DNA from: Ilumatobacter sp.
GTDB taxonomy: Bacteria > Actinomycetota > Acidimicrobiia > Acidimicrobiales > Ilumatobacteraceae
Reading direction: 5' to 3'
Length of the DNA stretch: 64,000 nt
Assembly (NCBI GenBank): GCA_002711735.1
Contig: PASB01000054.1
Coordinates: forward strand, 8,044-72,043
This document shows positions 28,953-38,077 of this stretch, in pieces. The notes beneath the pieces were generated by a model, which was given only the letters and a program-made list of their open reading frames with translations, did not search any database and was not told where the DNA came from. A program made the translations under genes and the position numbers. The first letter of the stretch is position 1. Each line of letters begins with the position of its first letter.

Positions 28953-30683
28953 ATGACTGTACGGGTCGCTCGGGTTCTCCCGAACGTCACCGGGCTCGAC
29001 AAGAGCTTTGACTACCTCATTCCCGAAGAAGTAGCGGCAAAGGTCCAAGTCGGCACCATGGTGCGCGTCGAACTGCACGGACGCCGCATAGGTGGTTGGG
29101 TTACAAAGATGCTCGCTGATGGCGAGGCCGCTGTTTTTGCCGAGGCATTGAAGCCGATCGCCAAGGTCACCGGCCACGGCCCTGACGCAGCTCTCCTCGA
29201 CCTCGCTGACTGGGCTGCCGTGCGATGGGCAGCTCGGCGTCCGCGGCCCTTCCTCGTTGCGGCGTCACCGCAGCGGGCGATCACTTTGTTGCCTGCTCAA
29301 CGTCGGTCGACGTCGGCGCTGAAGGCGACATCGCCTGCCGCTGCTCAGATACTTCAGTCGGGGGGTGGGGTGCTGCGGCTGCCGCCTCGAAGCGACGTGT
29401 TGCCAGCACTGCGCTCAGCAGTTGAATGTGGACCCGCCCTGGCAGTAGCGCCGACAATTGCCGATGCCCGTTCGTTTGCATTGCGACTCCGTAGCGAGGG
29501 GGTGTCCGTCGCGCTGATGCCGAATGACTGGGCATCGGCAATGGGTGGTGTCGATCTGGTGATCGGGCCACGATCGGCGGCGTGGGCGCCCTGCCCGAAC
29601 ATGGCTGCCGCAGTCATTTTGGACGAACATGACGAGGCACTCCAGGAGGAACGCTCGCCCACTTGGCATGCACGAGACGTCATTGTCGAGAGATGCCGCC
29701 GCCTAGGTGTTCCCCATCTCGTGGTCTCACCGGCTCCCACGCTGACGGCGATCGAGACGGCCGCTGGTGATCGCGGCGTCGTGCACCCACCGTTCGCACG
29801 TGAGCGTTCGGCGTGGCCGACTATCACCGTCGTGGACCGAACCAGCGAGGAGCCGTGGAAGAAGTCACTGGTAACTTCGGCTTTGATCGATCGAATCCGC
29901 GACCCTAACCTCACTGTCGTCTGCGTGAGCAATATCACGGGTCGAGCCAGGATCATGGCTTGTCGGTCATGTAAATCCTTGATTCGCTGCGAACAATGTG
30001 ATGCAGCCGTCGGTCAATCGAGTGACCTCCGGCTGGAATGTGCTCGTTGTGGAGCGACGCGGCCCGCCGTGTGCCAGAACTGCGGGGCCACCAACTTCGC
30101 AAACCTCCGGCCCGGAATCAGCCGCTTGCGGGAGGAACTTGAGGGGGCTGCGGCTCGGCCGGTCGTTGAAGTCAGCGGTACCAACACTGAGGCAGCAGCG
30201 TCGGCTGGTATCTACATCGGGACCGAGGCGGTGCTATATCGCGTGGCCAATGCTGATGTTGTGGCCTTCCTTGAATTCGATTCCGAGATGCTCGCCCCTC
30301 GGTTCCGTGCTGCAGAACAAGCGATGTCGTTATTGATTCGTGCAGGCCGTCTGGCTCCCGAGGTATTAGTCCAGACGTTTTGTCCCGACCACGAGGTAAT
30401 TCGGGCTGCAGCCGAAGGTAATCCGGACATTGTCGTTCGCAGCGAACGCGAACGAAGAGTCATGCTGGGTCTGCCTCCGTTCGGGGCGCTTGCTCGCGTT
30501 GTCGGGACCGGGGCCGCTGAATTCGTTGGCCATCTCGGACACGAGGTTGAGGTCGGTGGAGACGCAGCAACAGGCTTCTTACTCCGAGCCGACGACTGGA
30601 CCACCCTCGGCACCGAACTCAATGTTACCGAACGCCCTAAGAGCAGCCGTCTGCGAGTAGAGATTGACCCGCCCCGTCTCTGA
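28953..30683 (+). CDS. priA: Primosomal protein N' (helicase motifs degenerate)
   Basis: N-terminal FDY 3'-binding domain, DEH, QEERSPTWHAR, four CxxC (CRSC, CEQC, CARC, CQNC), ER...LPPF; downstream of metK. Confidence 0.9.
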   Translation: MTVRVARVLPNVTGLDKSFDYLIPEEVAAKVQVGTMVRVELHGRRIGGWVTKMLADGEAAVFAEALKPIAKVTGHGPDAALLDLADWAAVRWAARRPRPFLVAASPQRAITLLPAQRRSTSALKATSPAAAQILQSGGGVLRLPPRSDVLPALRSAVECGPALAVAPTIADARSFALRLRSEGVSVALMPNDWASAMGGVDLVIGPRSAAWAPCPNMAAAVILDEHDEALQEERSPTWHARDVIVERCRRLGVPHLVVSPAPTLTAIETAAGDRGVVHPPFARERSAWPTITVVDRTSEEPWKKSLVTSALIDRIRDPNLTVVCVSNITGRARIMACRSCKSLIRCEQCDAAVGQSSDLRLECARCGATRPAVCQNCGATNFANLRPGISRLREELEGAAARPVVEVSGTNTEAAASAGIYIGTEAVLYRVANADVVAFLEFDSEMLAPRFRAAEQAMSLLIRAGRLAPEVLVQTFCPDHEVIRAAAEGNPDIVVRSERERRVMLGLPPFGALARVVGTGAAEFVGHLGHEVEVGGDAATGFLLRADDWTTLGTELNVTERPKSSRLRVEIDPPRL

Positions 30684-32270
30684 TCAGCCGGTCACTTGTA
30701 TCTGTCCGACCATCCAGGGATGTGGGATGCAGTAGTAGTCAAATGTGCCAATTGAGTCAAAAGTGTGCGCATAAATTTCGCCGGTTTGAACTTCACCAGA
30801 GTCAAAATTTCCATCTGGCGTCGCAGTTGTACCGTTGCTGCTCCCTGACGTGATCGTGTGGAACACCGAGTCTTCGTTTATCCACGTAACCGTGGTGCCG
30901 GCAGCAACTGACATTGCCTGCGGCGAGTACGCAATGTTTGCGTTCGCCGGATCGTAGGCGCCAGCAGGAATGATGATCGTGTTCGGATCGCCGGCTCGGG
31001 CTGGGGCCGTATCCTCGTTCTCGGCGGCAGCGGAGAGACCGTCGTCGCCGACTGTCAGAATTGCATTGTCGTCGCCGTTGACAACAACCATGCCGATGCA
31101 TCCTTTGTAAAACGTCCGCACGAGTGCGTGGTCGACGAGAATGATCGTGCTTGGGGTATACCCGACAAGTTCGGTCACCGTTCCGCCGCCGGCGACGACC
31201 AGCGTCGACTGCGAGCCTCTGATTACGCGGTTAGCCGGGTGCGTTGCAGCCTCGGGGTAGACCACGTCCCAATGAGATCCAATCGGGTGGAAATTGGCAT
31301 CAAGGTTCAAACCTTCGTTCACCATGTAGAAACGCGAGCGCTCACCGACCTGCATCTGAAGCGAGTTGTCATCGACCAGGGCGTCGGTACGTCCGTTGAA
31401 GGTCACATAGGTCGGATGCTCAAGTTCGAGGCGATTGCGATCGAACTCGGACACACCATCTTCACCGGGATTTCCTAGGTACCACTCCGACTGCATGATC
31501 GCCCACTCATGATCAACGTCAGGAAGCGGCGTCTCAGGGTCGACGATGAACATGCCGTACATCCCGTGCGTGATGTGTTCGGGGACGTCACCAAATGCGC
31601 AGTGGTACATGAACGCTCCGGGGTACAGCAGACGGGCGTTGATCGTTGCAGACTCGCCGGGAGCCACAGTCGTACCTGCAGCTCCGCCGCCTTGGCCGCT
31701 CACTGCGTGAAAGTCGATGTTGTGAGGATGGACGTTGTTCGCCAGGTTGTTCACTGTGATCCGGGCGAGGTCGCCAACTCGAGCGCGAAGTGTCGGGCCG
31801 GGACTCCCACATGCTGTGTCATTGTCGCCGCCGATGCGAAAGCCCCACATCAAGGTGGACACGTTGTTGGCGGGATCGACCACACACTTGCCCTCAATAA
31901 CGTCAATGTTGAATTCCACGATCCGCTGATCGCTACGTCGTGCGCGCTCAGGGACTAGCGGCGCATAGGCCATCCGTTTCTCGGACTTGTCCGCCGCTGA
32001 GAGGTCGGCAAGTCGTGTTAGGGCGGGGGTAATCGAATCAGAACGTTCATCAAAGGTGGGAACCACTGTTTGGTTGACTTGGACTGTTTTACTGGGCTCG
32101 GTAGGCGCGCCAGTAGGGCGATCTTCGTTAAAAAATGCGGTGCCTGGGCCGTCGGGTCCGTCGGCATCGCAAGCGGTAAGCCCAGCCACAGCGGCACCAC
32201 CTCCGAGCGCAGCGAGGAACCGACGCCGCCCCACTGGAGGACGTTGCGTGCTGGTTATGTGCTGGGACAT
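30684..32270 (-). CDS. nirK: Copper-containing nitrite reductase, Tat lipoprotein with C-terminal cupredoxin domain
   Basis: GRRRFL Tat motif and LTAC lipobox; HNIDFH, YHC...HITHGM (T1/T2 Cu ligands, catalytic Asp), FHPIG, VDH; extra domain with FHTIT...YYCIPHPWM. Confidence 0.9.
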   Translation of the reverse strand: MSQHITSTQRPPVGRRRFLAALGGGAAVAGLTACDADGPDGPGTAFFNEDRPTGAPTEPSKTVQVNQTVVPTFDERSDSITPALTRLADLSAADKSEKRMAYAPLVPERARRSDQRIVEFNIDVIEGKCVVDPANNVSTLMWGFRIGGDNDTACGSPGPTLRARVGDLARITVNNLANNVHPHNIDFHAVSGQGGGAAGTTVAPGESATINARLLYPGAFMYHCAFGDVPEHITHGMYGMFIVDPETPLPDVDHEWAIMQSEWYLGNPGEDGVSEFDRNRLELEHPTYVTFNGRTDALVDDNSLQMQVGERSRFYMVNEGLNLDANFHPIGSHWDVVYPEAATHPANRVIRGSQSTLVVAGGGTVTELVGYTPSTIILVDHALVRTFYKGCIGMVVVNGDDNAILTVGDDGLSAAAENEDTAPARAGDPNTIIIPAGAYDPANANIAYSPQAMSVAAGTTVTWINEDSVFHTITSGSSNGTTATPDGNFDSGEVQTGEIYAHTFDSIGTFDYYCIPHPWMVGQIQVTG

Positions 32271-32328
32271 GTAATCGCTTCTCTCAGTTGTCGGTCCCTC
32301 CCATCTGACGTTGAAATTGAGAAAACAG

Positions 32329-32347
32329 GCAGGGCCGAAAGTCCTGC
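32329..32347. promoter_or_regulatory. DosR/DevR-like imperfect palindrome upstream of nirK
   Basis: GCAGGGCCGAAAGTCCTGC; core GGGCCGAAAGTCCT matches GGGACTAAAGTCCC at 11/14 positions. Confidence 0.5.
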
Positions 32348-32354
32348 GCTGGCG

Positions 32355-32969
32355 TCACAAGGAGCGCGGGGCAACAGCGAGTATCCGAAAGCCAGTCTTT
32401 GAGGCGGTCCGCTGAGTCGGGAAGCCTTCGAGCTGTAGCCAACGGTGCAGCGAGTCAGCACCGAGGTGTTTGTGGACAACCAGAAACGCAGTCCCATCCT
32501 CGTGGAGGCGTAGCAGCCACTCGAGGAGAAGCGCGCGCATCGCGGGTTTGCCGATACGAACTGGCGGATTTGACCAGATCGTGGTGAACCGAATGTCCGA
32601 TGGAACGTCACCAGGGGCGGCCACTTGCATGTTGTTGATGCCGTTGCGTCGTGCATTGCGCACACACAGCTCGCGGGCACGGGAATTGACATCAACGGCC
32701 CAGACCGTGGTCTCCGGTGACCGTCGCGCCATAGCCAGGGCGATGGGTCCAAAGCCGGCGCCGAGGTCGAGCAGATGACCCGTTGTGGCGAGCGGCAAGT
32801 TGGCGCGGAGGAGCAGATTGGTTCCGGAGTCGACGTGGCCTCGGCTGAAGACTCCGCGATCAGTCTCCATCGCGAACGTAGTGTCGGGGAGTACAACGTC
32901 GATCACCACCGGAGCTGATGCCACGGTGGGGTCGTCATCGAAGTAGTGCGCGTCGTCAACTGGGTCCAC
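32355..32969 (-). CDS. Class I SAM methyltransferase, RsmC/MTS family
   Basis: HYF, TDRGVFS, VDSGT, LDLGAGFG, SNPP, KHLGADSL; start set at GTG 32969. Confidence 0.9.
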   Translation of the reverse strand: MDPVDDAHYFDDDPTVASAPVVIDVVLPDTTFAMETDRGVFSRGHVDSGTNLLLRANLPLATTGHLLDLGAGFGPIALAMARRSPETTVWAVDVNSRARELCVRNARRNGINNMQVAAPGDVPSDIRFTTIWSNPPVRIGKPAMRALLLEWLLRLHEDGTAFLVVHKHLGADSLHRWLQLEGFPTQRTASKTGFRILAVAPRSL

Positions 32970-32988
32970 GCGTCGTAGCCTGGCAGGA

Positions 32989-33531
32989 ATGTCGTACAAG
33001 ATCAGGACATACGGCGATCCCGTATTGAAAACCAAGGCGGCAGCGGTGGACAATATCGATGGCAAGGTCATCCGCCTTGTCGACGAAATGTTCAATACGC
33101 TCGTCGACTCTGGCAACGGCTTAGCGCTTGCAGCACCGCAGATTGGAGTGCAAAAGCAGGTCGTGGTCTGGGATCTGGGCGATGATCCTTTGGCGATTGT
33201 CAACCCTGAAGTCGTTGAGTCCGACGGTGAATGGGTCTTCGACGAAGGCTGCCTGTCGATTCCTGGGCTGTACGTTGAAATGCTTCGGCCAAAGCAGGTG
33301 CTGGTCCGCGGCGTCAGTCTCGACGGTGAAATCATCGAAATCGAAGCCGACGAGTTGGAAGCGCGCATGTTTCAGCACGAGATCGACCACCTCCAAGGCG
33401 TGTTGATGTTCGACCGCCTCGAGGGCGATCAGCGCAAAGAAGCGATGCGTGAGTACCGATTAATCGAAGAACAGGCCGCTGAGGGCGCAATCGAGCGCCA
33501 ACCGCTTCGTAAGCGTCTCGGTCTCTCCTGA
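32989..33531 (+). CDS. def: Peptide deformylase
   Basis: GLALAAPQIG, EGCLS, QHEIDH. Confidence 0.98.
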   Translation: MSYKIRTYGDPVLKTKAAAVDNIDGKVIRLVDEMFNTLVDSGNGLALAAPQIGVQKQVVVWDLGDDPLAIVNPEVVESDGEWVFDEGCLSIPGLYVEMLRPKQVLVRGVSLDGEIIEIEADELEARMFQHEIDHLQGVLMFDRLEGDQRKEAMREYRLIEEQAAEGAIERQPLRKRLGLS

Positions 33532-33544
33532 TCAGGCTCCTTCG

Positions 33545-34378
33545 ATGAAGATCGTTTATCTCGGCACACCTGAGATAGCAGTTCCGCCGCTTCAAGCCCT
33601 GCACGCAGCTGGTCACGAGATCATGCTCGTCGTCACACGCATCGATAAAAAACGGGGAAGAGGTGGAGCGCTTTCACCAAGCCCGGTGAAGGCCGCAGCA
33701 ACTGAACTAGGCCTCCCTGTCTCTCATGATCCGGAAGACATCCTGGTGGCCGCGGATCAAGGCGGTGCAGAACTTGGAGTAGTGGTTGCCTACGGCCGGA
33801 TGATCAGGCCACCTATCCTCGAGGTCATCCCGATGGTCAACGCGCACTTTTCGCTGCTACCGCGATGGCGCGGAGCGGCACCTGTCGAGCGAGCGCTCCT
33901 TGCAGGCGACAGAGAGACCGGCGTGTGCATCATGGCCCTCGAAGAAGGCCTTGACACCGGCGGCGTGTATGGCAGCGTTACGACGCCGATCACCGACGAG
34001 ATAACTGCTGAGGAGTTGCGTGGACGGCTAGTTGACGTCGCGGCGGATTTGCTCGTGCAGACGCTGCACTCACCGCTTGCCGAATGGATTGATACGGCCG
34101 AGCCACAGCACGGCGAGACGCTGTACGCCGCGAAATTCACGAAGTCAGACTTTGAAATTGACTGGGCGCAGCCTGTTGAGCACGTTCACCGGCTGATTCG
34201 AGTCGGGGGAGCATGGACCACGTTTCGCAACAAGCGCCTAAAGATCCTCGCCGCTGACCTCTTCGGCGGTGTACTTGTTCCGACATCCGTGCAACCGGAG
34301 GGCAAGAGCCCGATGGACTTCACGGCTTGGCGTAACGGCGCGCAACCAACTGTCAACGAATTGTTCGGAACGTTATGA
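33545..34378 (+). CDS. fmt: Methionyl-tRNA formyltransferase
   Basis: GTPE, VVAYG, NAHFSLLPRWRGAAP, GLDTG. Confidence 0.97.
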   Translation: MKIVYLGTPEIAVPPLQALHAAGHEIMLVVTRIDKKRGRGGALSPSPVKAAATELGLPVSHDPEDILVAADQGGAELGVVVAYGRMIRPPILEVIPMVNAHFSLLPRWRGAAPVERALLAGDRETGVCIMALEEGLDTGGVYGSVTTPITDEITAEELRGRLVDVAADLLVQTLHSPLAEWIDTAEPQHGETLYAAKFTKSDFEIDWAQPVEHVHRLIRVGGAWTTFRNKRLKILAADLFGGVLVPTSVQPEGKSPMDFTAWRNGAQPTVNELFGTL

Positions 34379-35625
34379 GCGATTGGACCCCACCGTCGGG
34401 GCCTCCTATCGATGACAGGAAACCGTTGAATCGAAAGCAGCGTCGCGCTGCACTCCAGAACTCGGACTGGAACGATAAAGGCCGAACCGATCCCCGCGCT
34501 CGCACTGTAAGGCGCGAGACAGCACGCCAACTGGCTCTCGATGTTCTGCAGCGCATCGAGAGTGACGGGGCTTACGCCAACCTCGTGCTCGGTCCGACGC
34601 TGACAGCATCTGATCTATCTGATCAAGATCGGCGCTTCGCCACCGAGCTCGTCTACGGATCGACCCGGATGCGTCGTGCCTGCGATGCGATAATCGACCG
34701 ATTTGTCAGTCAGCCTCCGGACGATGCAACACGCTCGCTGCTTCGGCTCGGTACGTATCAGCTCGCGTATGCGGGCGTGCCGGCACACGCCGCAGTCAGC
34801 GAGACCGTAGAACTTGCGCCGGGCAAGACTCGTGGTTTCGTCAACGCCGTCCTGCGGCGTGTTGCTGACTCGCCGATTGAGTCCATGACGTGGTCCTCTG
34901 ACGCGTCGCGACTGAGCTACCCCGACTGGCTAGCCAACCGGCTGGTGACCGAACTTGGTGACGAAGCAATTCCGGCGATGGAGCGGATGAACGACCCACC
35001 CCCGGTGACAACGCGTGCCGATGGCTATGTGCAGGACCGATCGTCGCAGTGGGTCTCGGCGTCGGTCGACGCTGGTCCCGACGAGCGGGTTCTCGACGTA
35101 TGTGCAGCCCCGGGTGGAAAGTCGACTGCGATTGCCGGCGGCGGTGCGCTTGTAATCGCAGCAGATATGCGTCATCGCCGTGCGCAGCTGATCTGTGAAA
35201 ACGCCGCCAATCTTGACCTCGGACTCCCGGTCGTTACTGCCGACGGGACTGCACCGCCGTTCCGTACGGCTTCCTTCGACGCAGTGCTTCTCGATGCCCC
35301 GTGCTCGGGACTCGGTTCGCTGCGTCGTCGTCCAGATGCTCGCTGGCGTATTCAGGCTAGTGACATCACCAAATTACCTGAGCTTCAGCGCCGGCTGCTG
35401 GCTGCGGCAGCAACGTTGGTCAAGCCAGGTGGGCGACTCATCTATAGCGTGTGCACGGTCACGGCTGCGGAGTCGATCGATCATCCAACCCCTACAGGAT
35501 TCGAGGTTGACTCCAGTAAACCTGCAGTCGGCACGTGGCGGGGTTTCGGGCATGGGTGGCGGGTGCTGCCGCACGATGCAGATACCGACGGAATGGTGCT
35601 GATTCGCTACCGTCGGATCACATGA
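34375..35625 (+). CDS. rsmB: 16S rRNA m5C methyltransferase RsmB/Sun (NusB-like plus MTase domain)
   Basis: ELVYG, LRLG.YQL, FVNAVLR, VQD, DVCAAPGGKS, DAPCSG, YSVC. Confidence 0.92.
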   Translation: MSDWTPPSGPPIDDRKPLNRKQRRAALQNSDWNDKGRTDPRARTVRRETARQLALDVLQRIESDGAYANLVLGPTLTASDLSDQDRRFATELVYGSTRMRRACDAIIDRFVSQPPDDATRSLLRLGTYQLAYAGVPAHAAVSETVELAPGKTRGFVNAVLRRVADSPIESMTWSSDASRLSYPDWLANRLVTELGDEAIPAMERMNDPPPVTTRADGYVQDRSSQWVSASVDAGPDERVLDVCAAPGGKSTAIAGGGALVIAADMRHRRAQLICENAANLDLGLPVVTADGTAPPFRTASFDAVLLDAPCSGLGSLRRRPDARWRIQASDITKLPELQRRLLAAAATLVKPGGRLIYSVCTVTAAESIDHPTPTGFEVDSSKPAVGTWRGFGHGWRVLPHDADTDGMVLIRYRRIT

Positions 35626-36113
35626 GCGCATCGATGGGAGCGGACCGGCAACAGGCGAAGGTGCTGACATGCAGCGACGGAGTCATCCATGGCACGCGCA
35701 ACGACGAAAGTGGTGTAGCTCTAGCCGCTCATCTCGCGTTAGCTGGATTCAACGTGGTCGAGCAGCGGGTCACAGCTGATGGCACGGACAACGTCGCTGC
35801 GGCGCTGAAGGAACTGACCGACGGTTTTGCCGGACTTGTGGTCTCAACAGGAGGGACAGGCTTCGCTCCGCGGGACCAAACCCCAGAGGGCACACGTGCG
35901 GTCATTGAACGCGAAGCCCCTGGGCTCTCCGAAGCCATGCGCATGTGTAACCCGCTCGGTCGGCTTTCGCGTGGGGTTGCCGGCATCCGGGGCAACGCGA
36001 TCATCGTGAACACCCCAGGCAGCACCAAGGGCTGTGTAGAGCAACTCGACGCGGTCCTTGACGTGCTGCCACATGCGCTGAGGTTGTTGCACGACACGGA
36101 CAGCTCCCACTGA
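35622..36113 (+). CDS. MogA/MoaB-family molybdopterin adenylyltransferase
   Basis: SD...DESG, TGGTGFAPRDQTPE, SRG.AG, NTPGS. Confidence 0.93.
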   Translation: MSASMGADRQQAKVLTCSDGVIHGTRNDESGVALAAHLALAGFNVVEQRVTADGTDNVAAALKELTDGFAGLVVSTGGTGFAPRDQTPEGTRAVIEREAPGLSEAMRMCNPLGRLSRGVAGIRGNAIIVNTPGSTKGCVEQLDAVLDVLPHALRLLHDTDSSH

Positions 36114-36211
36114 CCGCAAAGCCAGCCACGTCGTGAGTTGAATCGGCGTCTAAAGCGGACTCAACTGAAATTCGCAGGTTGTCTGCGTCGGAGTTTCGAT
36201 ACCCTCACAAC

Positions 36212-37084
36212 GTGCTCAATGTCGTTCTCCCCAAAGGTTCACTCGAAAAGGCAACGCTCGAATTGTTCGATGCCGCAGACCTGCCTGTGAATCGTTCCTC
36301 ATCGGTGGACTATCAGGCGACGATTGACGATCCTCGAATCTCTTCGGTCAGGATCCTTCGTCCTCAGGAGATTCCGACGTACATCGCCGAAGGGCTCTTT
36401 GATATCGGTATCACCGGTCGTGACTGGGTTGAGGAAACGGGCAGCGTTGTCGAAAGCCTCGGTGAACTGAAGTATTCCAAGAACACCTCGAAGCCGATTC
36501 GGATGGTTGTCGCAGTCGCTGGCGATTCGGCGGCGGAGTCGGTTAATGACCTTCCGAACGGCGTGCGTGTTCAGACGGAATACCTCGGCATCACGAAGAA
36601 GTTCTTCGAGCAGCATGGAGTCGAGGCGAACATTCGACTTTCGTATGGAGCAACCGAGGCCAAGATTCCTGACATTGCCGACTGTGTGGTTGAGATCACC
36701 GAAACCGGCCGAGCCCTTCGTGCTGCCGGTCTTAAGGTCATCGACACGATTCTCACGAGCTACACCGAAGTCGTAGCCAATCCGGTTGCGTTCGCCGATC
36801 CGCAGAAGCGCAAGGCCATGGAGCAGGTGATGACGCTGCTCAACGGCGTTCTTGATGCGAGGGGCAAGGTGCTCTTGAAGCTGAACGTCGATGAGGATCA
36901 TCGTGATGCGGTACTTGCCGTCCTGCCGTCAATGAAGTCACCGACGGTATCGCCACTGTCAGGCGGAGGTTACGCAGTCGAATCGGTTATCGAAAAGCGC
37001 ACCGTCAACTTGATGATCCCGGCGTTGCGTGAGGCGGGAGCCACCGACTTGCTCGAGATGTCGATTTCCAAGATCGTGCCGTGA
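36212..37084 (+). CDS. hisG: ATP phosphoribosyltransferase (long form)
   Basis: LPKGSL, RPQEIP, DIGITG.D, GATE, ETG..LRA.GL, C-terminal SPTVSPL domain; TACCCT -10 6 nt before GTG 36212. Confidence 0.96.
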   Translation: MLNVVLPKGSLEKATLELFDAADLPVNRSSSVDYQATIDDPRISSVRILRPQEIPTYIAEGLFDIGITGRDWVEETGSVVESLGELKYSKNTSKPIRMVVAVAGDSAAESVNDLPNGVRVQTEYLGITKKFFEQHGVEANIRLSYGATEAKIPDIADCVVEITETGRALRAAGLKVIDTILTSYTEVVANPVAFADPQKRKAMEQVMTLLNGVLDARGKVLLKLNVDEDHRDAVLAVLPSMKSPTVSPLSGGGYAVESVIEKRTVNLMIPALREAGATDLLEMSISKIVP

Positions 37085-37284
37085 CCATCACGTTGATGGG
37101 AACGGTCACGGCGTACGACGAATCGGTCGGCCTCGGGATAATTACTTCTGAGTCTGGCTCTGAACACGCATTCCACTGCATCGAGATCGCAGACGGAAGC
37201 CGGTCGATCGCCGTTGGCACGGACGTCTCATTCGCACCTCTCGCCAAATTCGGCCGGTACGAAGCAGCACACATCCGGTCCTGA
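37081..37284 (+). CDS. Cold-shock-domain (OB-fold)-like small protein
   Basis: GTV..YD...GLG.I, FH, I.DG.R.I..G..V.F, EA..I pattern; GTGA overlap with hisG. Confidence 0.7.
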   Translation: MTITLMGTVTAYDESVGLGIITSESGSEHAFHCIEIADGSRSIAVGTDVSFAPLAKFGRYEAAHIRS

Positions 37285-37305
37285 ACCCGGTTGCCTGAGG
37301 ATCAG

Positions 37306-37629
37306 ATGGTCAACGACGCAACGCTCCGCTCAGAGCGGGAGCGTCGAATTGTCGAGGTGTTGCTGTCCCTAGCCGAAGGTGAAGTGACCACCTACGGCGA
37401 TGTTGCCGATGTCGCCGGGTATCCGAAATTGTCTCGACTTGTCGGTCGCATCATCGGCGACACCGAAGTCGCGATTCCTTGGTGGCGTGTTGTCAACGCC
37501 TCGGGTCACCTGAGGTCAAGCAACCCCCAACTTCAGGCAGAAATTCTTGCCGAGGAGGACGTGATTGTTCGCAATTCACGTGTGGTCGAAGCCCCTCTCG
37601 GCCGCTTCGCCCGTTGCCGACGACCCTGA
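37306..37629 (+). CDS. Alkyltransferase-like (ATL, MGMT family) DNA-binding protein
   Basis: GEVTTYGDVA, R.VG, PWWRVVN with no catalytic Cys; start is ATG 37306 or TTG 37291. Confidence 0.85.
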   Translation: MVNDATLRSERERRIVEVLLSLAEGEVTTYGDVADVAGYPKLSRLVGRIIGDTEVAIPWWRVVNASGHLRSSNPQLQAEILAEEDVIVRNSRVVEAPLGRFARCRRP

Positions 37630-37651
37630 TCAAAACCTCGGTCGTTTTCGT

Positions 37652-38077
37652 TCAGGTTGAGCTCTCGGAGGCTTGGTCAGCCCCCTTGATCTGCACGAAG
37701 GCGAGGCGAATGTTGTTGAGTGCGTCGCGCATGGTCGGCGCTTCCTCGCCCAGGCGATCGCCGAGACCGTCGACGAGGCAGGCGACGGCATCTATGGCCA
37801 GTACGGACTGTTCGAGATCAGGGGGAGTGGCGGACAGGTGAATTGCTGCCAATTCGTACAAGCCCATAACGTGGTTGGTCACCACGACTTCGGCAGGAAC
37901 GTCTGCAAGACGGGATCGAGCGTCCTCCATCGCTTGCTGTGCTTCTTGCATAGCATCGATGGACTCTTGGTCGAGCTCTGGCTCCGCGCCAAAATCAGCG
38001 AGACCTTCATTGATATCTGCGAAATTCGTAGTGTGGTCGGAGTCGGAATCTGGCGTTGGAGCACTTTCGTCTGTCAC
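37652..38077 (-). CDS. DUF1844-like protein divergent from infC
   Basis: V.A..VV.NH..GLYELAAIHL...PDL..A.LAIDA...L..AL..IRLAFV; usual position upstream of infC in actinobacteria; TAGACT -10 7 nt before GTG. Confidence 0.8.
   Translation of the reverse strand: MTDESAPTPDSDSDHTTNFADINEGLADFGAEPELDQESIDAMQEAQQAMEDARSRLADVPAEVVVTNHVMGLYELAAIHLSATPPDLEQSVLAIDAVACLVDGLGDRLGEEAPTMRDALNNIRLAFVQIKGADQASESST

Noticed and set aside
32058-32085. GGGAAC-N17-GGACT on the plus strand, antisense to the 5' part of nirK
   Set aside because: Mismatch at the conserved C of the -10 element, no start codon 8 nt downstream, and inside coding sequence. An antisense copper-sparing promoter is tempting but unsupported without TSS data.
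32970-33368. N-terminal extension of the methyltransferase ORF across def
   Set aside because: It is the antisense of def; the family N-terminus (HYF) begins right after GTG 32969
37306-37629. Active O6-methylguanine methyltransferase (ogt)
   Set aside because: PWWRV replaces PCHRV, so there is no acceptor Cys; called ATL instead
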